This document shows, one piece after another, positions 1 to 11,076 of a stretch of 43,352 nt of DNA. The notes under the pieces are model-generated. The model worked only from the letters and a program-made list of their open reading frames with translations. It searched no databases and was not told the origin of the DNA. The stretch lies in assembly GCF_001194135.2 (NCBI RefSeq), contig NC_068991.1, positions 61,623,286 to 61,666,637 of the forward strand. Direction: 5' to 3'. A program made the translations under genes and the position numbers. The stretch comes from Octopus bimaculoides (lineage: Eukaryota). Every line of letters starts with the position of its first letter. The first letter of the stretch is position 1.

Positions 1-35
1 ATATATATATATATATATATATAGGTATACATTTC

Positions 36-174
36 TGTGTCTGTGTTTGTCTCCCCACTACCACCACCACCGCTTGACAACCGATGCTGGTGTGTTTACG
101 TCCCCGTAACCTAGCGGTTCGGCGAAAGACACCGATAGAATAAGTACTAGGCTTACAAAGAATAAGTCCTGGGG
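36..174 (+). mobile_element. SINE family C, 3' half (after internal microsatellite)
   Basis: Matches the 3' half of the complete copy at 41806-42208 (gcttgacaaccgatgctggtgtgtttacgtccccgtaac...aataagtcctgggg). Confidence 0.8.
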
Positions 175-312
175 CCTTTAACCCCTAAATATAATGTAGT
201 AACACAAAACAATGATGTAATACTTGCAATGTAACGGTTTCTAACAGGTAGGGAAAAATTAATGAGAACTGAACAACGAAAAGTTTCTCATTTTGCCCCA
301 CTTATATATATG

Positions 313-346
<34 letters not shown>

Positions 347-1478
347 TATATAGGTGGGGCAAAATGAGTAACATATATATATACATGCGCACATATGCAC
401 ATACACACACATATATAGATATTATATGGTAGGGGGCATGGTCTCGAAAGGTGAAAACTTGAATATGATGATGATGAAGATAGACAAAGACATGAAAAAG
501 ATGGCAAACAATCAAAATAAGGTTGACGAAAATTTGCAGGAACGGAATTCGCTTAGTGGGTGCAAACCCAGGTTTTTCAGAATGTTCAAAACATTGCCCC
601 CGCAAAAAAGAAATTTGAGTGTAAAGGAGCGCTTGCACCCTCTGCGACCCTGTTCCCGAGCCTGTAAATGCAGAGGGAAAAAGAGGTGTCAAGCGAAAAG
701 ATTAAAACGTGAAGGTCATGTCGTATGATAACAGAGATACATAATAATATTGGAGACGGGTGGGGATGGAGAGAGGGGAACACGCGTAAAGAGATGCAAG
801 GAGGGCGGATGCTGTGAATGTTTGGGTGTGTATTTTACGCGTGGGCGAAGTTTGAAGTTAGCAGATTCTAAGAGACAAGCGAGGCTAGTATTTACAAGTT
901 AGGGTGAAACGGGATGAAGGGCGGGAGACAGGCAGTACTTGTATCAATGAGGCAGAGAAAGTTCATGTGAGTGTTGGGATTAAGAAAAATATTAATGTAA
1001 TGGATATATTAAAATCAGGTTAACCATCCCATTTATGATGAAAGCGTTACCCTGGTATTGCGTACGTGAGTGACTGTGTGTACGTGCGTGCACGCAAAGG
1101 TTTTGTCAATCATCTGTCATCTGCATACGAAGAACATCGATCTACAAAAACAAAATAAGCTTTTATCTTCGATCTACTCAGTGATGACAGACAGAGAGCT
1201 AAACGAAGCGACAATACTGGAGCGAGCTTCTCACGTAGTTACTGGACTTGCTAAAAATAGCAGTTAAACCTCTCTCAAAATATAAGCTAGCCTCTTATAG
1301 CAAAAAGAAAAAAAAAGAATACATTGAATAATGTAGCTCCTGAATATAACATGGTGGTCACGACTGGAACACTTTTACTCAATCAGCGCTGGATTATAGC
1401 TCCTCAACAGCAAAAACAACAAGTAAATAAACTTTCGGCAAAGCAGATCGCTAGTTCAGTTTCGATTCTTAGTCTAAG

Positions 1479-1688
1479 CAATGATTCTCAACCATTTCTG
1501 GCCTGTGCACCCCCTTTGGTTCCTGGCCATTTGATGATTTTAAAAAATCCTATTATATTTTTAGAATTAAATATTATAAAGAATTATATTTAAAAATTGT
1601 TGGAATATTTTGTGTATTGTAGCGATCAATTTACTGCAGATAAATTTTAACAACGAAATCTTATATGGATCCCGGTTGAGAACCACTG
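1479..1688. mobile_element. hAT (Charlie-like) MITE, decayed
   Basis: Terminal inverted repeats CAATGATTCTCAACC (1479) and GGTTGAGAACCACTG (ends 1688); 8-bp flanks match only 4/8, so the TSD is not confirmed. Confidence 0.6.
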
Positions 1689-1961
1689 GTCCTCAGCTAG
1701 TATATTTCACTTAACTTACTAAAATCCTTGAAAAATGCATGATCACCACAAACTCCCTTATGCCTGTCCCAATTACTTTTGAAGATCTGGTAACTACATC
1801 TAGTAGGTAGAATTACTGCATTGAAATTTATTTGTTGGTTCGAGTGAGTGCTTGGCAAAGGCATGAGCAACATGAGATCCTGTATCTCTGGTACCTAATG
1901 TTGTCCCCAACTTCGTTCTGGCAACTTCTTCGACGTCAGTGATATCGAAACTGCTATCTAG

Positions 1962-2421
1962 GGCGGCGAGCTGGCAGAATCGTTAGCACGCCGGGTGAAA
2001 TGCTTAGCAAAATGCTTAGCGGTATTTCGTCTGCCGCTACGTTCTGAGTTCAAATTCCGCCGAGGTCGACTTTGCCTTTCATCCTTTTGGGGTCGATTAA
2101 ATAAGTACCAGTTACGCACTGGAGTCTATGTAATCGACTTAATCCCTTTGTCTGTCCTTGTTTGTCCCCTCTGTGTGTAGCCCCTTGTGGACAATAAAGA
2201 AATAAGAATTGTTAGCACGCCGGGCAAAATGCTTAGCGGTATTTCGTCTGTCTTTACGTTCTGTGTTCAAATTCCGCCGAGGTCGACTTTGCCTTTCATC
2301 AATTCCAGATGGATTAAATAATTACCAGTTACGCACTGGGTTCGATGTAATCGACTTAATCCCTTTTTCTGTCCTTGTTTGTCCCCTCTATGTTTAGCCC
2401 CCTCTCGGCAATAAAGAAATA
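1962..2421 (+). mobile_element. SINE family A head-to-tail dimer (full copy 1962-2197, 5'-truncated copy 2199-2421)
   Basis: tRNA-like head (ggcggcgagctggcagaa...gttctgagttcaaattcc), core gccgaggtcgactttgcctttcatcc...ggtcgat, AATAAAGAAATA tail; flanked by GATATC(G/A)AAACTGCT at 1941-1955 and 2422-2436. Confidence 0.9.
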
Positions 2422-2436
2422 GATATCAAAACTGCT

Positions 2437-3078
2437 GCGGACGCCTGACCTGCTCTTGGGTAACATCATTGACGCGGAGAGAGAAGACCGTCTGCGTGGG
2501 AAACAGCTGATTTTCCGTACAGCAATGCTTCACTTTACGAGGGCCCGCTTTACAAAATCCCAGGTTAACAAGTTTTATTTTTCAAGCACAAGATCCAAAA
2601 TTTGAACGAAGTGCAAAAGTTTCTACTACCATAACAAATGCTTCAGCATGTTAGCGAGAAGTTTACGGAAAGCGAAAAAATGCTTCTTTTAAACAAACAA
2701 CTCTAGACTTGTTTTTTAAAAAGAAATCTACAAGTCCGTCTACGAGTGCTTGTGAATCGGCGATCGCGTCTACAAGTGATGGTGTGCGCGAGTCTAGTAC
2801 GAGTATAAGTGACTCAGAAAGCGATTATAATAAAATTGTATTTATCATAAATCATCTTCACATTGTTTTTACTTTACATAAAATATTCTTTACATGCTAC
2901 TGTTGTTTTATTGCCATTTATTTAGGAGTATTATAAATTTTATAGGTAAAATATTTTTCTGGGAACGAATTATGATTTATAATATTGCTACTATGGGAAA
3001 TTATTGTTCTGCTTTACGAATTTTAGCTAGTCGAGCGGTCTACGGGAACAAATTAACTCGTATATCGAGACGTTACTG
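2437..3078 (+). pseudogene. Tigger/pogo-type transposase C-terminal remnant with 3' TIR
   Basis: About 2580-2725 translates as FQAQDPKFERSAKVSTTITNASAC*REVYGKRKNASFKQTTLDLFFKK, matching the Tigger C-terminal DP-ERS-KV...CYRE...QT-LD-FFKK pattern; ends ctcgtatatcgagacgttactg followed by TA (3079-3080). 5' TIR not found. Confidence 0.75.
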
Positions 3079-3595
3079 TATTTCTTTGTGTGAATGTTTT
3101 ACGTTTACCAAAAGGTAAAAACTGTATTGTAAATAAAACAGTTTCAACTCAATACAAATCGTGTTACTTGATGAAACATGCTGTATTATTTTCACGATTG
3201 ATTGCAACAAAGAAACGCACACATTCAAGATACAGCCTTTTATGTCAATTATTTGTAAATTGTTCATGTTAATATCTTTCTTCGTCGTCATTGTAATACG
3301 ACTTGTAAGATCATGTCAAACAGCTGTTGTCGCGTGTAGGACAGATACAGCTATCGACCGAGCCCATCACTTTTTATTTATTTAATTTTTTTTCAATCTA
3401 TAAGTCAGGAAGGAAACAATACCCACCACCCTATATAAGAACCACCAGGATTGATGGGAGGGACGGGGACGGAGTTAGATAGCCTCAGGACAGAGATGTG
3501 GCCTGTACAAGATGGACTCTTGTTAAAAGCACCCAAAATAGCAGCCTTGGGCCGAAGTTAAAAAGTTACTTGCAATATTTATTCAATTCTTTTAA

Positions 3596-3806
3596 GGCGG
3601 CATACTGGCAAAATTGCATTGCAGTATTTCGTCTGTCTTTACGTTCTGAGTTCAAATGCTACTGATGTCGATTTAGCCATTTTTAATTTTTATTTTTTTT
3701 TTTGAGTCGATAAAATAGACCCCAGTTGAATTCTGGGGTTGATGTAATCGACTCATCTACTCCCCTTAAAATTGCTGGTATTGTGCCATAATTAGGAAGA
3801 AATATT
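3596..3806 (+). mobile_element. SINE family A, diverged
   Basis: ggcggc...ctggca head, cgttctgagttcaaat B-box region, ggggttgatgtaatcgact tail. Confidence 0.75.
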
Positions 3807-3889
3807 TATTCTGCTTGTAATGGCGTGTGTTAACACAAAGCGCAACGGGCGACGATCGTGGCCGTCAGGCACAGGTCGACAGGCCACGA

Positions 3890-3991
3890 CCCCTGTGCTC
3901 TACTGGTATTTATTTTATCGACCCCGAAAGGGATGAAAAGCAAAGCGGATCTCGGCAGAATTTGAACTCAAAGCGTGAAGACGAACGAAAT
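3890..3991 (-). mobile_element. SINE family A fragment
   Basis: Reverse complement of the core (tttatcgaccccgaaagggatgaaaagcaaag...aatttgaactca). Confidence 0.7.
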
Positions 3992-4040
3992 GGAGAGAAC
4001 GATAAAACAGAGAGAGAAGAAAATGTGTAGGGATTAACTA

Positions 4041-4268
4041 TTGGGTTGTCCATAAAGTTCGTGCCAATTTATAGTAGCTTGCCTTTCAACTTATTTGCCA
4101 TGAAACCACCTCAATTCTGGGAAGAGGGTATTTTCAAGTTGAAGGAAAGATGGAGACGCATTGTGCAACAAAATGGTTCATATTTGGTTGATTAAAAATG
4201 TAATGGCAAGTATTTATTGACCTTTTTCTTTCGTTTAAAAATCGGCACAAACTTTCGGGTTAACCCAA
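4041..4268 (+). mobile_element. Internally deleted mariner element (228 bp)
   Basis: TA|TTGGGTTGTCCATAAAGTTCGTGCCAATTT ... AAATCGGCACAAACTTTCGGGTTAACCCAA|TA; interior encodes the mariner C-terminus FWEEGIFKLKERWRRIVQQNGSYLVD*. Confidence 0.9.
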
Positions 4269-4939
4269 TACAAATATAAGACAGAAAGTTATGATAAAAA
4301 TACCCCTTCACTTACTCACAAACTACGGGGTGGGGATGGGACCTAATCCGAAACTGCCAAAATAAACTACTTAAGATCTTAATAGTTTCAGTGTTCAAGA
4401 TAACTTGGGATGTAATTAATGTTAAGGTTAGGTGTAACATTCTAATAATCACATATAATTAGACAGGGCGTGGAAAAGTAAACAGAATCGTTCAAGTACA
4501 GGATTTTTGTTTTATCTCCTATTGTTTCCTACTTTCGGAGATATACACCCTGTGGTTGTAATTATTTCATTTACCTTTCCACGGCGAACTTTGAAATCTG
4601 TTTTAAAAAAAGACACTTGTGTGTCTATGATAAAAAAATCAGCCGAGTATTTCACAGATAAAAAGAAAGAACCAGTCAAGTACTGTAGTCGGTGCGATCG
4701 TCTAACCCTCAAAATTTATAGACCATCGACCCCTACATGGAATCCTTGACTCCCTCATCGATCCCCAGGCATGTACAAGAAAATAACTAAATAATAATGA
4801 TAAATAGATGTGTATTTATCGACCCCTTGAACAGTCCCTTCGACACCCAGGGGTCGATATCGACCGTTTTGGAGACTCCTGGTCTAACTTTTTCTCCTCT
4901 AAATACTGGACTTGTGCCAAAATTTGAAACCATTAGAGT

Positions 4940-5236
4940 TGTTAGTACGCCAGACGAAATGCCTTTCATCCTATAGGGTCAACTTTGCCTTTCATCCTTC
5001 AGGGTCGACTTTGCTTTTCATCCATCGGGGTCGATAAAATAAGTACCAGTCAAGTACTGGAGGTCAATGTAATCAATTTACTCACTTCTCAAAAATTGCT
5101 GGCCTTGTGCTAAAATTTGAAATCAATATTTACAGTTTCATCACCTTTATATCTGGGGGTCGATGTAATCGACTACCCCCCCCCCACAAATTTCAAGCCT
5201 TGTACCTATGGTAAAAAGGATTATTATTATTATTAT
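4940..5236 (+). mobile_element. Rearranged SINE family A cluster with 26-bp triplication and (ATT)n tail
   Basis: gcctttcatcc unit at 4961, 4987 and 5013; two tail variants; ends aaaggattattattatt. Confidence 0.7.
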
Positions 5237-5237
5237 T

Positions 5238-5794
5238 GAGTGAGAGAACAGTGTATGCTACCAAAGTGACACTGGGGTATAAATATACGAAGCCCAGTAT
5301 ACCCATCATGACTACCCGTCTGATAAGGGTACACCAGGCACATGCATCACAACCATATGTGCATGACACGGTGATCTTATGTCAAGATAAACAGCACATG
5401 ACCTTGCAGGTGGGACCCAGTTAGAATTTTCTTCAGGTCAAGTAGCCCATCCCACTCAAAAGGTCCCTGAATAAGGGGTCATTTAAGGATGCTGAATGAA
5501 ACTTCCATGTTTCCAAAGGTGAATTATTCAAACCCCAAAGAATTCCTCTCAACACATGGCTATGATGCTCCCCCACTACTTCTGCTCGTGATCAGAGATG
5601 CACATATTGTCAGCTACGAAAGGACATGCTCAACTGGTTAAGGTCAAACAAGTGACAAGGAAATCTGTGCTATTGAGCAGAATATTTGCCGTAGCCCATC
5701 TTTTATACCAAGACAAAATATGTACATGATAACATTTCCAATCAATTAAGATCAGAAGCCATGAGTGCCACTTCCTTGGACTGCATCAGGGCAT
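5238..5794 (-). mobile_element. Non-coding interspersed element X (about 555 bp) inside an (ATT)n tract
   Basis: Reverse complement of 6185-6684 at roughly 80% identity by eye; ATT repeats on both sides; no credible ORF. Strand assigned from the (AAT)n tail. Confidence 0.7.
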
Positions 5795-6184
5795 TTATTA
5801 TCATTATTACTATTATTATTATTATTATTATTATTATTAAGGCAGTGTGCTTGTAATATCATAATACAAACATATTCTTAACTTAAGTGTACATACGGAA
5901 GTGGAGGTGACACACATCTCATCACATCAAGCATAATTGCTATCCAGTACCACCATCCCCGTCCTTACTATATGCAAGTATGGTGGCCTCAGAAGACATG
6001 ACTGCTCCATCACAATAGGAAAGCAATGGTGTATTGTGTAGAATCAAATTTATCTGTAATAGTCACCATCAACAACCAGATGACGGAGTATCTTGTAATT
6101 GATTAACCAGACTTCTACTGTAGGAGTAAGAATTGATAAGTTTTTACTTGTTGGATTAGTGTAAAAGAGGTACACAAAAAATAA

Positions 6185-6684
6185 GAGTGACTCTCAGCTT
6201 CTGATCTTAACTGATTGGAAGTGTTGTCATGTATATGTTTCATCTTGGTGTAAAAGATGGGCTACAGCAAATATTCTGCTCAGTACCACAGATATGCTTA
6301 TCAGCTGCTTAACCATGACATTATGTGCATCTCTGATCACATGGAGTAGTTGGGGAACATAAATGTTATGCGTTGAGAGGAATTCTTTGGGGTTTGAATA
6401 ATTCACTGCTGAAAACATAGGTGTTTCATTCATCATCTTTAAATAAACCTTATTCAAGGACCTTTTGTGCTGGATGGGCTACTTGACCTGAAGAAAATTC
6501 TAACTGGGCCCCACCTGCAAATTCATGCGCTGTTTATCTTGATGAAGTCACTCTATCATGCACATATGATTGTGAAGTATGTACCTGGTGTACTCTTATC
6601 TGACGGTTAATCTTGATGAGTATATTGGGGTTTGTATATTTGTACACCAATGTTACTTTGATGGCATGCCTTGCTCTCTCACTC
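6185..6684 (+). mobile_element. Second copy of element X, slightly 5'-truncated
   Basis: Inverted homolog of 5238-5794; followed by aataacaataat and then a minus-strand SINE A. Confidence 0.7.
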
Positions 6685-6696
6685 AATAACAATAAT

Positions 6697-6907
6697 CCTT
6701 TCTATTATAGGCACAAGGCCTGAAATTTGTGGAGAGGGTTAAGTCAATTACATTTACCCCAATACTCAACTGGTACTTACTTTATCAACCCCGAAAGAAT
6801 GAAAGGCAATGTTGACCTCGGCGGAATTTGAACTCAGAATGTAAAGACTGTTGAAATGCCGCTAAGCATTTTGTCCGGCATGCTAACGAGTCTGCCACAT
6901 CACCACC

Positions 6908-6908
<1 letters not shown>
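6697..6908 (-). mobile_element. SINE family A
   Basis: Reverse complement of the full family A sequence (...ggcggaatttgaactcag...gctaacgagtctgccacatcaccacc). Confidence 0.85.
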
Positions 6909-6945
<37 letters not shown>

Positions 6946-7158
6946 TGATTCTGTTTTTTAATAATTAATTCTGTTCTTAATAATAATAATAATAATAATA
7001 ATAATAGCACTTTCTACAATAGGCACAAGGCCTGAAATTTGGTGGGAGGAGAGATTTGAACTTGAAACATAGTGTGTCATAAGTAANNNNNNNNNNNNNN
7101 NNNNNNNNNNNNNNNNNNNNNNNNNNNNNNNNNNNNNNNNNNNNNNNNNNNNNNNNNN

Positions 7159-7199
<41 letters not shown>

Positions 7200-7230
7200 T
7201 GATTCTGTTTTTTAATAATTAATTCTGTTC

Positions 7231-7277
<47 letters not shown>
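6909..7277. repeat. (AAT)n microsatellites spanning a gap
   Basis: Direct reading; the flanking sequence is duplicated on both sides of the N run. Confidence 0.9.
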
Positions 7278-7278
<1 letters not shown>

Positions 7279-7446
7279 GCACTTTCTACAATAGCCACAA
7301 ATTTGGTGGGAGGAGAGATTTGAACTTGAAACATAGTGTGTCATAAGTAAATAATGCAAGGTATCTGTCTGATGCTCTAACAATTTTGTCAATCCACCAT
7401 CTTCAACAAGAGTAATGAGACAAGAGATGTAGAAGAATGGGATATG

Positions 7447-7711
7447 CAGGGCTGTAGAGTCGAAACAAAAACTTTGACTCTGACTCCTCTGCTATTGGCA
7501 CCTTCAACTCCGACTCCTCTTTATGTAATTAAGTGATTGTGGTCTACATATCGCATAAAGCATATGCATACACTTGTACTTCGAGTAGGCCTATATGTTA
7601 TAACTGGTTTATATTAAAGAATAAAGATGTCAGAGCTGGTATACTTTTACTGACTCCGACTCCAGTTACGCCTTAATTGTTTCTGAGTCTGACTCCAACT
7701 CCACGGCCCTG
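7447..7711. mobile_element. hAT-like MITE with GACTCC subterminal repeats
   Basis: TIRs CAGGGCTGTAGAGTC / GACTCCAACTCCACGGCCCTG; repeated gactcc/gactct motifs; 8-bp flanks match 5/8. Confidence 0.7.
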
Positions 7712-7893
7712 CTGGTATGCTATACACAGAGTGAGTATTGTGGTAGGGTATCACATTAGCATAAAGAAGAAATCAAATCAGGAGAAGACTTTGCTTTAGT
7801 GTCAGAAACAACAAAATGGTCAAATTAACTGGGTACAAAAGTGATTAAGAAATTTGAACTTTGCAAAATAAGTCAGTTAGAAATGAAAATCTA

Positions 7894-8054
7894 GGCACAG
7901 AGCTCGGTGTGTGGTTAAGAAACTTGCTTCGTAACCATGTGGTTTCGGTTTCAATCCCATGACACAGCATCTAGGGCATGCATCTTCTGCTACAGCCCCA
8001 AACTGACCAATGCCTTTATGAATGAATTTGGTAGAGAGAAACTGTGGAAGCCTT
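7894..8054 (+). mobile_element. SINE family C, 5' half
   Basis: gtgtgtggttaagaaacttgctt...ggtttcggtttcaatccca...gaaactg; A-box/B-box-like head. Confidence 0.7.
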
Positions 8055-8056
8055 AA

Positions 8057-8278
8057 GGCAGCGAGCTGGCAGAAACGTTAGCACGCCGGGCGAAATGCTT
8101 AGTGGTATTTCATCTGCCATTATGTTCTGAGTTCAAATTCCACCGAGGTCGACTTTGCCTTTCATCCTTTTGGGGTTGATAATTTAAGTACCAGTTATGC
8201 ACTGGGGTCAATGTTATCGACTTAATCCCTTTGTCTGTCCTTGTTTGTCCCCTTTATGTTTAGCCCCTTGTGGGCAAT
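8057..8278 (+). mobile_element. SINE family A
   Basis: Near-complete match to 1962-2197. Confidence 0.9.
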
Positions 8279-8743
8279 NNNNNNNNNNNNNNNNNNNNNN
8301 NNNNNNNNNNNNNNNNNNNNNNNNNNNNNNNNNNNNNNNNNNNNNNNNNNNNNNNNNNNNNNNNNNNNNNNNNNNNNNNNNNNNNNNNNNNNNNNNNNNN
8401 NNNNNNNNNNNNNNNNNNNNNNNNNNNNNNNNNNNNNNNNNNNNNNNNNNNNNNNNNNNNNNNNNNNNNNNNNNNNNNNNNNNNNNNNNNNNNNNNNNNN
8501 NNNNNNNNNNNNNNNNNNNNNNNNNNNNNNNNNNNNNNNNNNNNNNNNNNNNNNNNNNNNNNNNNNNNNNNNNNNNNNNNNNNNNNNNNNNNNNNNNNNN
8601 NNNNNNNNNNNNNNNNNNNNNAGTAGTTTAGAATCAGTAGTTCTTTGACTGCTATTTCTAAATTTTCAGTATGTTGGAGAAGCAACTCAATGCTAATCCC
8701 TGTATATTTATTATGATTATATATATATATATATATAGATATA

Positions 8744-8907
8744 GGCATAGGCATGGCTATGTGGTAAGAAGCTTGCTTCTCAACTACATGGTTCCAGGTT
8801 CAGTCCCACTGCATGACACCTTGGGCAAGTGTCTTCTACTATAGCAGCCTCGGGCTAACCAAAACCTTGTGAGTGCATCTGGTAGATGGAAAATGAAACA
8901 AGTCAGT

Positions 8908-8943
<36 letters not shown>

Positions 8944-9176
8944 GATATATAGATATCTTAGTGTGTTTGTGTCAGTGTTTGTCCCCTCCCCACCATTGTT
9001 TGACAACTGATGTTGGTGCGTTTACAGCCCCATAACTTAGTGGTTTGGTAAAAGAGACCAACAGAGTAAGTACTAGGCTTACAAAGATTAAGTCCAGGGG
9101 TCAATTTCTTTGATTAAAAGGTGGTGCTCCAGCAAGACCACAGTCAAATAACTGAAACAAGTAAGAAGAATAAAAG
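8744..9176 (+). mobile_element. SINE family C, full length with internal (TG)/(TA) microsatellite
   Basis: Head, microsatellite and tail collinear with 41806-42208; CpGs largely decayed. Confidence 0.85.
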
Positions 9177-9179
9177 ACT

Positions 9180-9197
9180 ATGTGTGCGTGCGTGTAC

Positions 9198-9243
<46 letters not shown>

Positions 9244-9424
9244 ATATATATGTGTGTGTGTGTGCGTATGTATGTATATATATATATGCATGTATATATA
9301 TGTGTATGTATATAAATGTGTGTGTATATATATGTATAAATGTATGTATGTATATATATGTATCTATGTATATGTGTGTATATATATATGTGTGTGTATA
9401 TATATATATATGTGTATATATATA

Positions 9425-9466
<42 letters not shown>
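9180..9466. repeat. Compound (TA)n/(TG)n microsatellite
   Basis: Direct reading. Confidence 0.95.
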
Positions 9467-9467
<1 letters not shown>

Positions 9468-9770
9468 CTACTAGAATAGCAAGTGAAAACGAGGCTAAAT
9501 CTTGATATCCCTACATGAGGGAATGTCACAGATGTTTGATGAAAAGCCATAAATTCTAGCCCTGACTGTTTACCTAAGGGAACATCTGTGCTTATAACAC
9601 TACACAAAACCACATGGTCACAAAGCTATAGAAGCATCTACATATGTGTCAGAAAGTGAAGAAACTATTGAGAGATGGGAAAATGAAGGAAGAGTAGCTG
9701 CCAGGAAAGAGGGTAAGACAAACTGTAGGAGAAAGGAAAAATTCATGGCATTATATTATATGGGCACCAA

Positions 9771-9983
9771 GGAATGCGAAGCTGGCAGAATCGTCACCAC
9801 ATCAGGAAAAATACTTAGTGGCATTTCGTCTGTGCTTACATTCCGAGTTCAAATTCTGCCAAGGTCAACTTTGCCTTTCATCCTTTCGGGGCTGATAAAA
9901 TAAGTACCTGGTGAGTAATGTGGTCAATGTAATCGACTATCCTCCTCCCAAAATTTTCAGGCCTTGTGCCTATAGTAGAAAGG

Positions 9984-10019
<36 letters not shown>

Positions 10020-10132
10020 GAGGCGGTGAGCTGGCAGAATCACTAGCATGCTGGGCAAAATTCTTAGTGGTATTTCATCTGTCACTACGTTCTGAGTTCA
10101 AATCCCACTGAGGTTGACTTTGCCTTTCGTCC
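9771..10132 (+). mobile_element. Two SINE family A copies (9771-9985, then (ATT)n, then 3'-truncated 10022-10132)
   Basis: Both carry the gctggcagaatc head and the ttctgagttcaaat B-box region. Confidence 0.85.
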
Positions 10133-10680
10133 AACTGCTTATTCAATGCTTTAGCGAGGGTCCATGTTGCCAGAAACAACCTCCCTTTCAATTTCCTTGC
10201 TAACTTCGAACTCCATACCTTTCTCAATTTATGGCTTGCACTCCAGGCAAGAGCTTTCCTTGCTACAACGTCCTTTTCAGCACTTTGTGTCCACACACCA
10301 AGGTATCTGAAATTTCCAACTACTCTCAGCGACTTATCATCTCTCATTTTCTCTGACACAGGTATTTCATGGTTGAATACTTGCAGCTCTGTTTTCTTTG
10401 CGTTACAGTACAATCCTACCTTCCCCTGATTCCTGCTCTAATCTGCTCAGCACCTCCTATGCCTGATCTGTCCTCTCTGTTAGTAATGCCAAGTCATCAG
10501 CATAGTCTAAGTCAGTTACTGCTGCTGCTGTCTACTTCTTTGCCTATGCAAACTGAATCTCAGTTCTTCTTCCTGGCCCTCGTATATTCTACGCATTACA
10601 TACCCCCAGAACGGTGGCGACAAGATAAGGTGCTAGCGTGTCACGTTGTAATACTCCAGTTTTGACTTCAAAGTATTCTT
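10131..10680 (-). pseudogene. Non-LTR retrotransposon reverse transcriptase fragment (RTE/RTE-X-like)
   Basis: Minus strand reads EYFEVKTGVLQRDTLAPYL...DLDYADDLALL...GKVGLYCNAKKT...NFRYLGVW...RKALAWSASHKLRKVWSSKL: RT motifs GVxQGDxLxP, YADD and FxYLG with frameshifts and stops. The clade call is tentative. Confidence 0.85.
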
Positions 10681-10690
10681 TCTCTCTCCA

Positions 10691-10812
10691 TCGGCAAAAG
10701 AGCCCGATAGAATAAGTACTAGGCTTACAAAGAATAAGTCCTGGGGTCGATTTGCTCGACTAAAGGCGGTGCTCCAGCATGGCCGCAGTCAAACGACTGA
10801 AACAAGTAAGTA
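10691..10812 (+). mobile_element. SINE family C 3' tail
   Basis: cggcaaaagag...ctaaaggcggtgctccagcatggccgcagtcaaacgactgaaacaag. Confidence 0.85.
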
Positions 10813-11076
10813 NNNNNNNNNNNNNNNNNNNNNNNNNNNNNNNNNNNNNNNNNNNNNNNNNNNNNNNNNNNNNNNNNNNNNNNNNNNNNNNNNNNNNNNN
10901 NNNNNNNNNNNNNNNNNNNNNNNNNNNNNNNNNNNNNNNNNNNNNNNNNNNNNNNNNNNNNNNNNNNNNNNNNNNNNNNNNNNNNNNNNNNNNNNNNNNN
11001 NNNNNNNNNNNNNNNNNNNNNNNNNNNNNNNNNNNNNNNNNNNNNNNNNNNNNNNNNNNNNNNNNNNNNNNNNCAC

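Noticed and set aside
426-728. 100-aa plus-strand ORF
   Set aside because: No recognisable motif or splice context; composition driven by purine-rich low-complexity DNA.
1129-1141. 13-nt minus-strand microexon or terminal exon after a strong acceptor
   Set aside because: Splice-like motifs only; weak donor and no independent support. Similar unsupported candidates near 4320-4353, 4573-4595 and 9584-9635 were also dropped.
4845-4881. hAT MITE ending TTTTGGAGACTCCTG
   Set aside because: Only one terminus is visible; no matching 5' TIR with TSD. The same holds for the fragment at 11302-11360.
5897-6117. Downstream minus-strand exon candidates
   Set aside because: All frames from the best acceptor hit stops; the alternative 85-nt exon has a poor pyrimidine tract and no recognisable peptide.
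6920-7330. Tandem duplication around the gap at 7087-7158
   Set aside because: Near-identical sequence on both sides of an N run; most likely unmerged contig or haplotype overlap.
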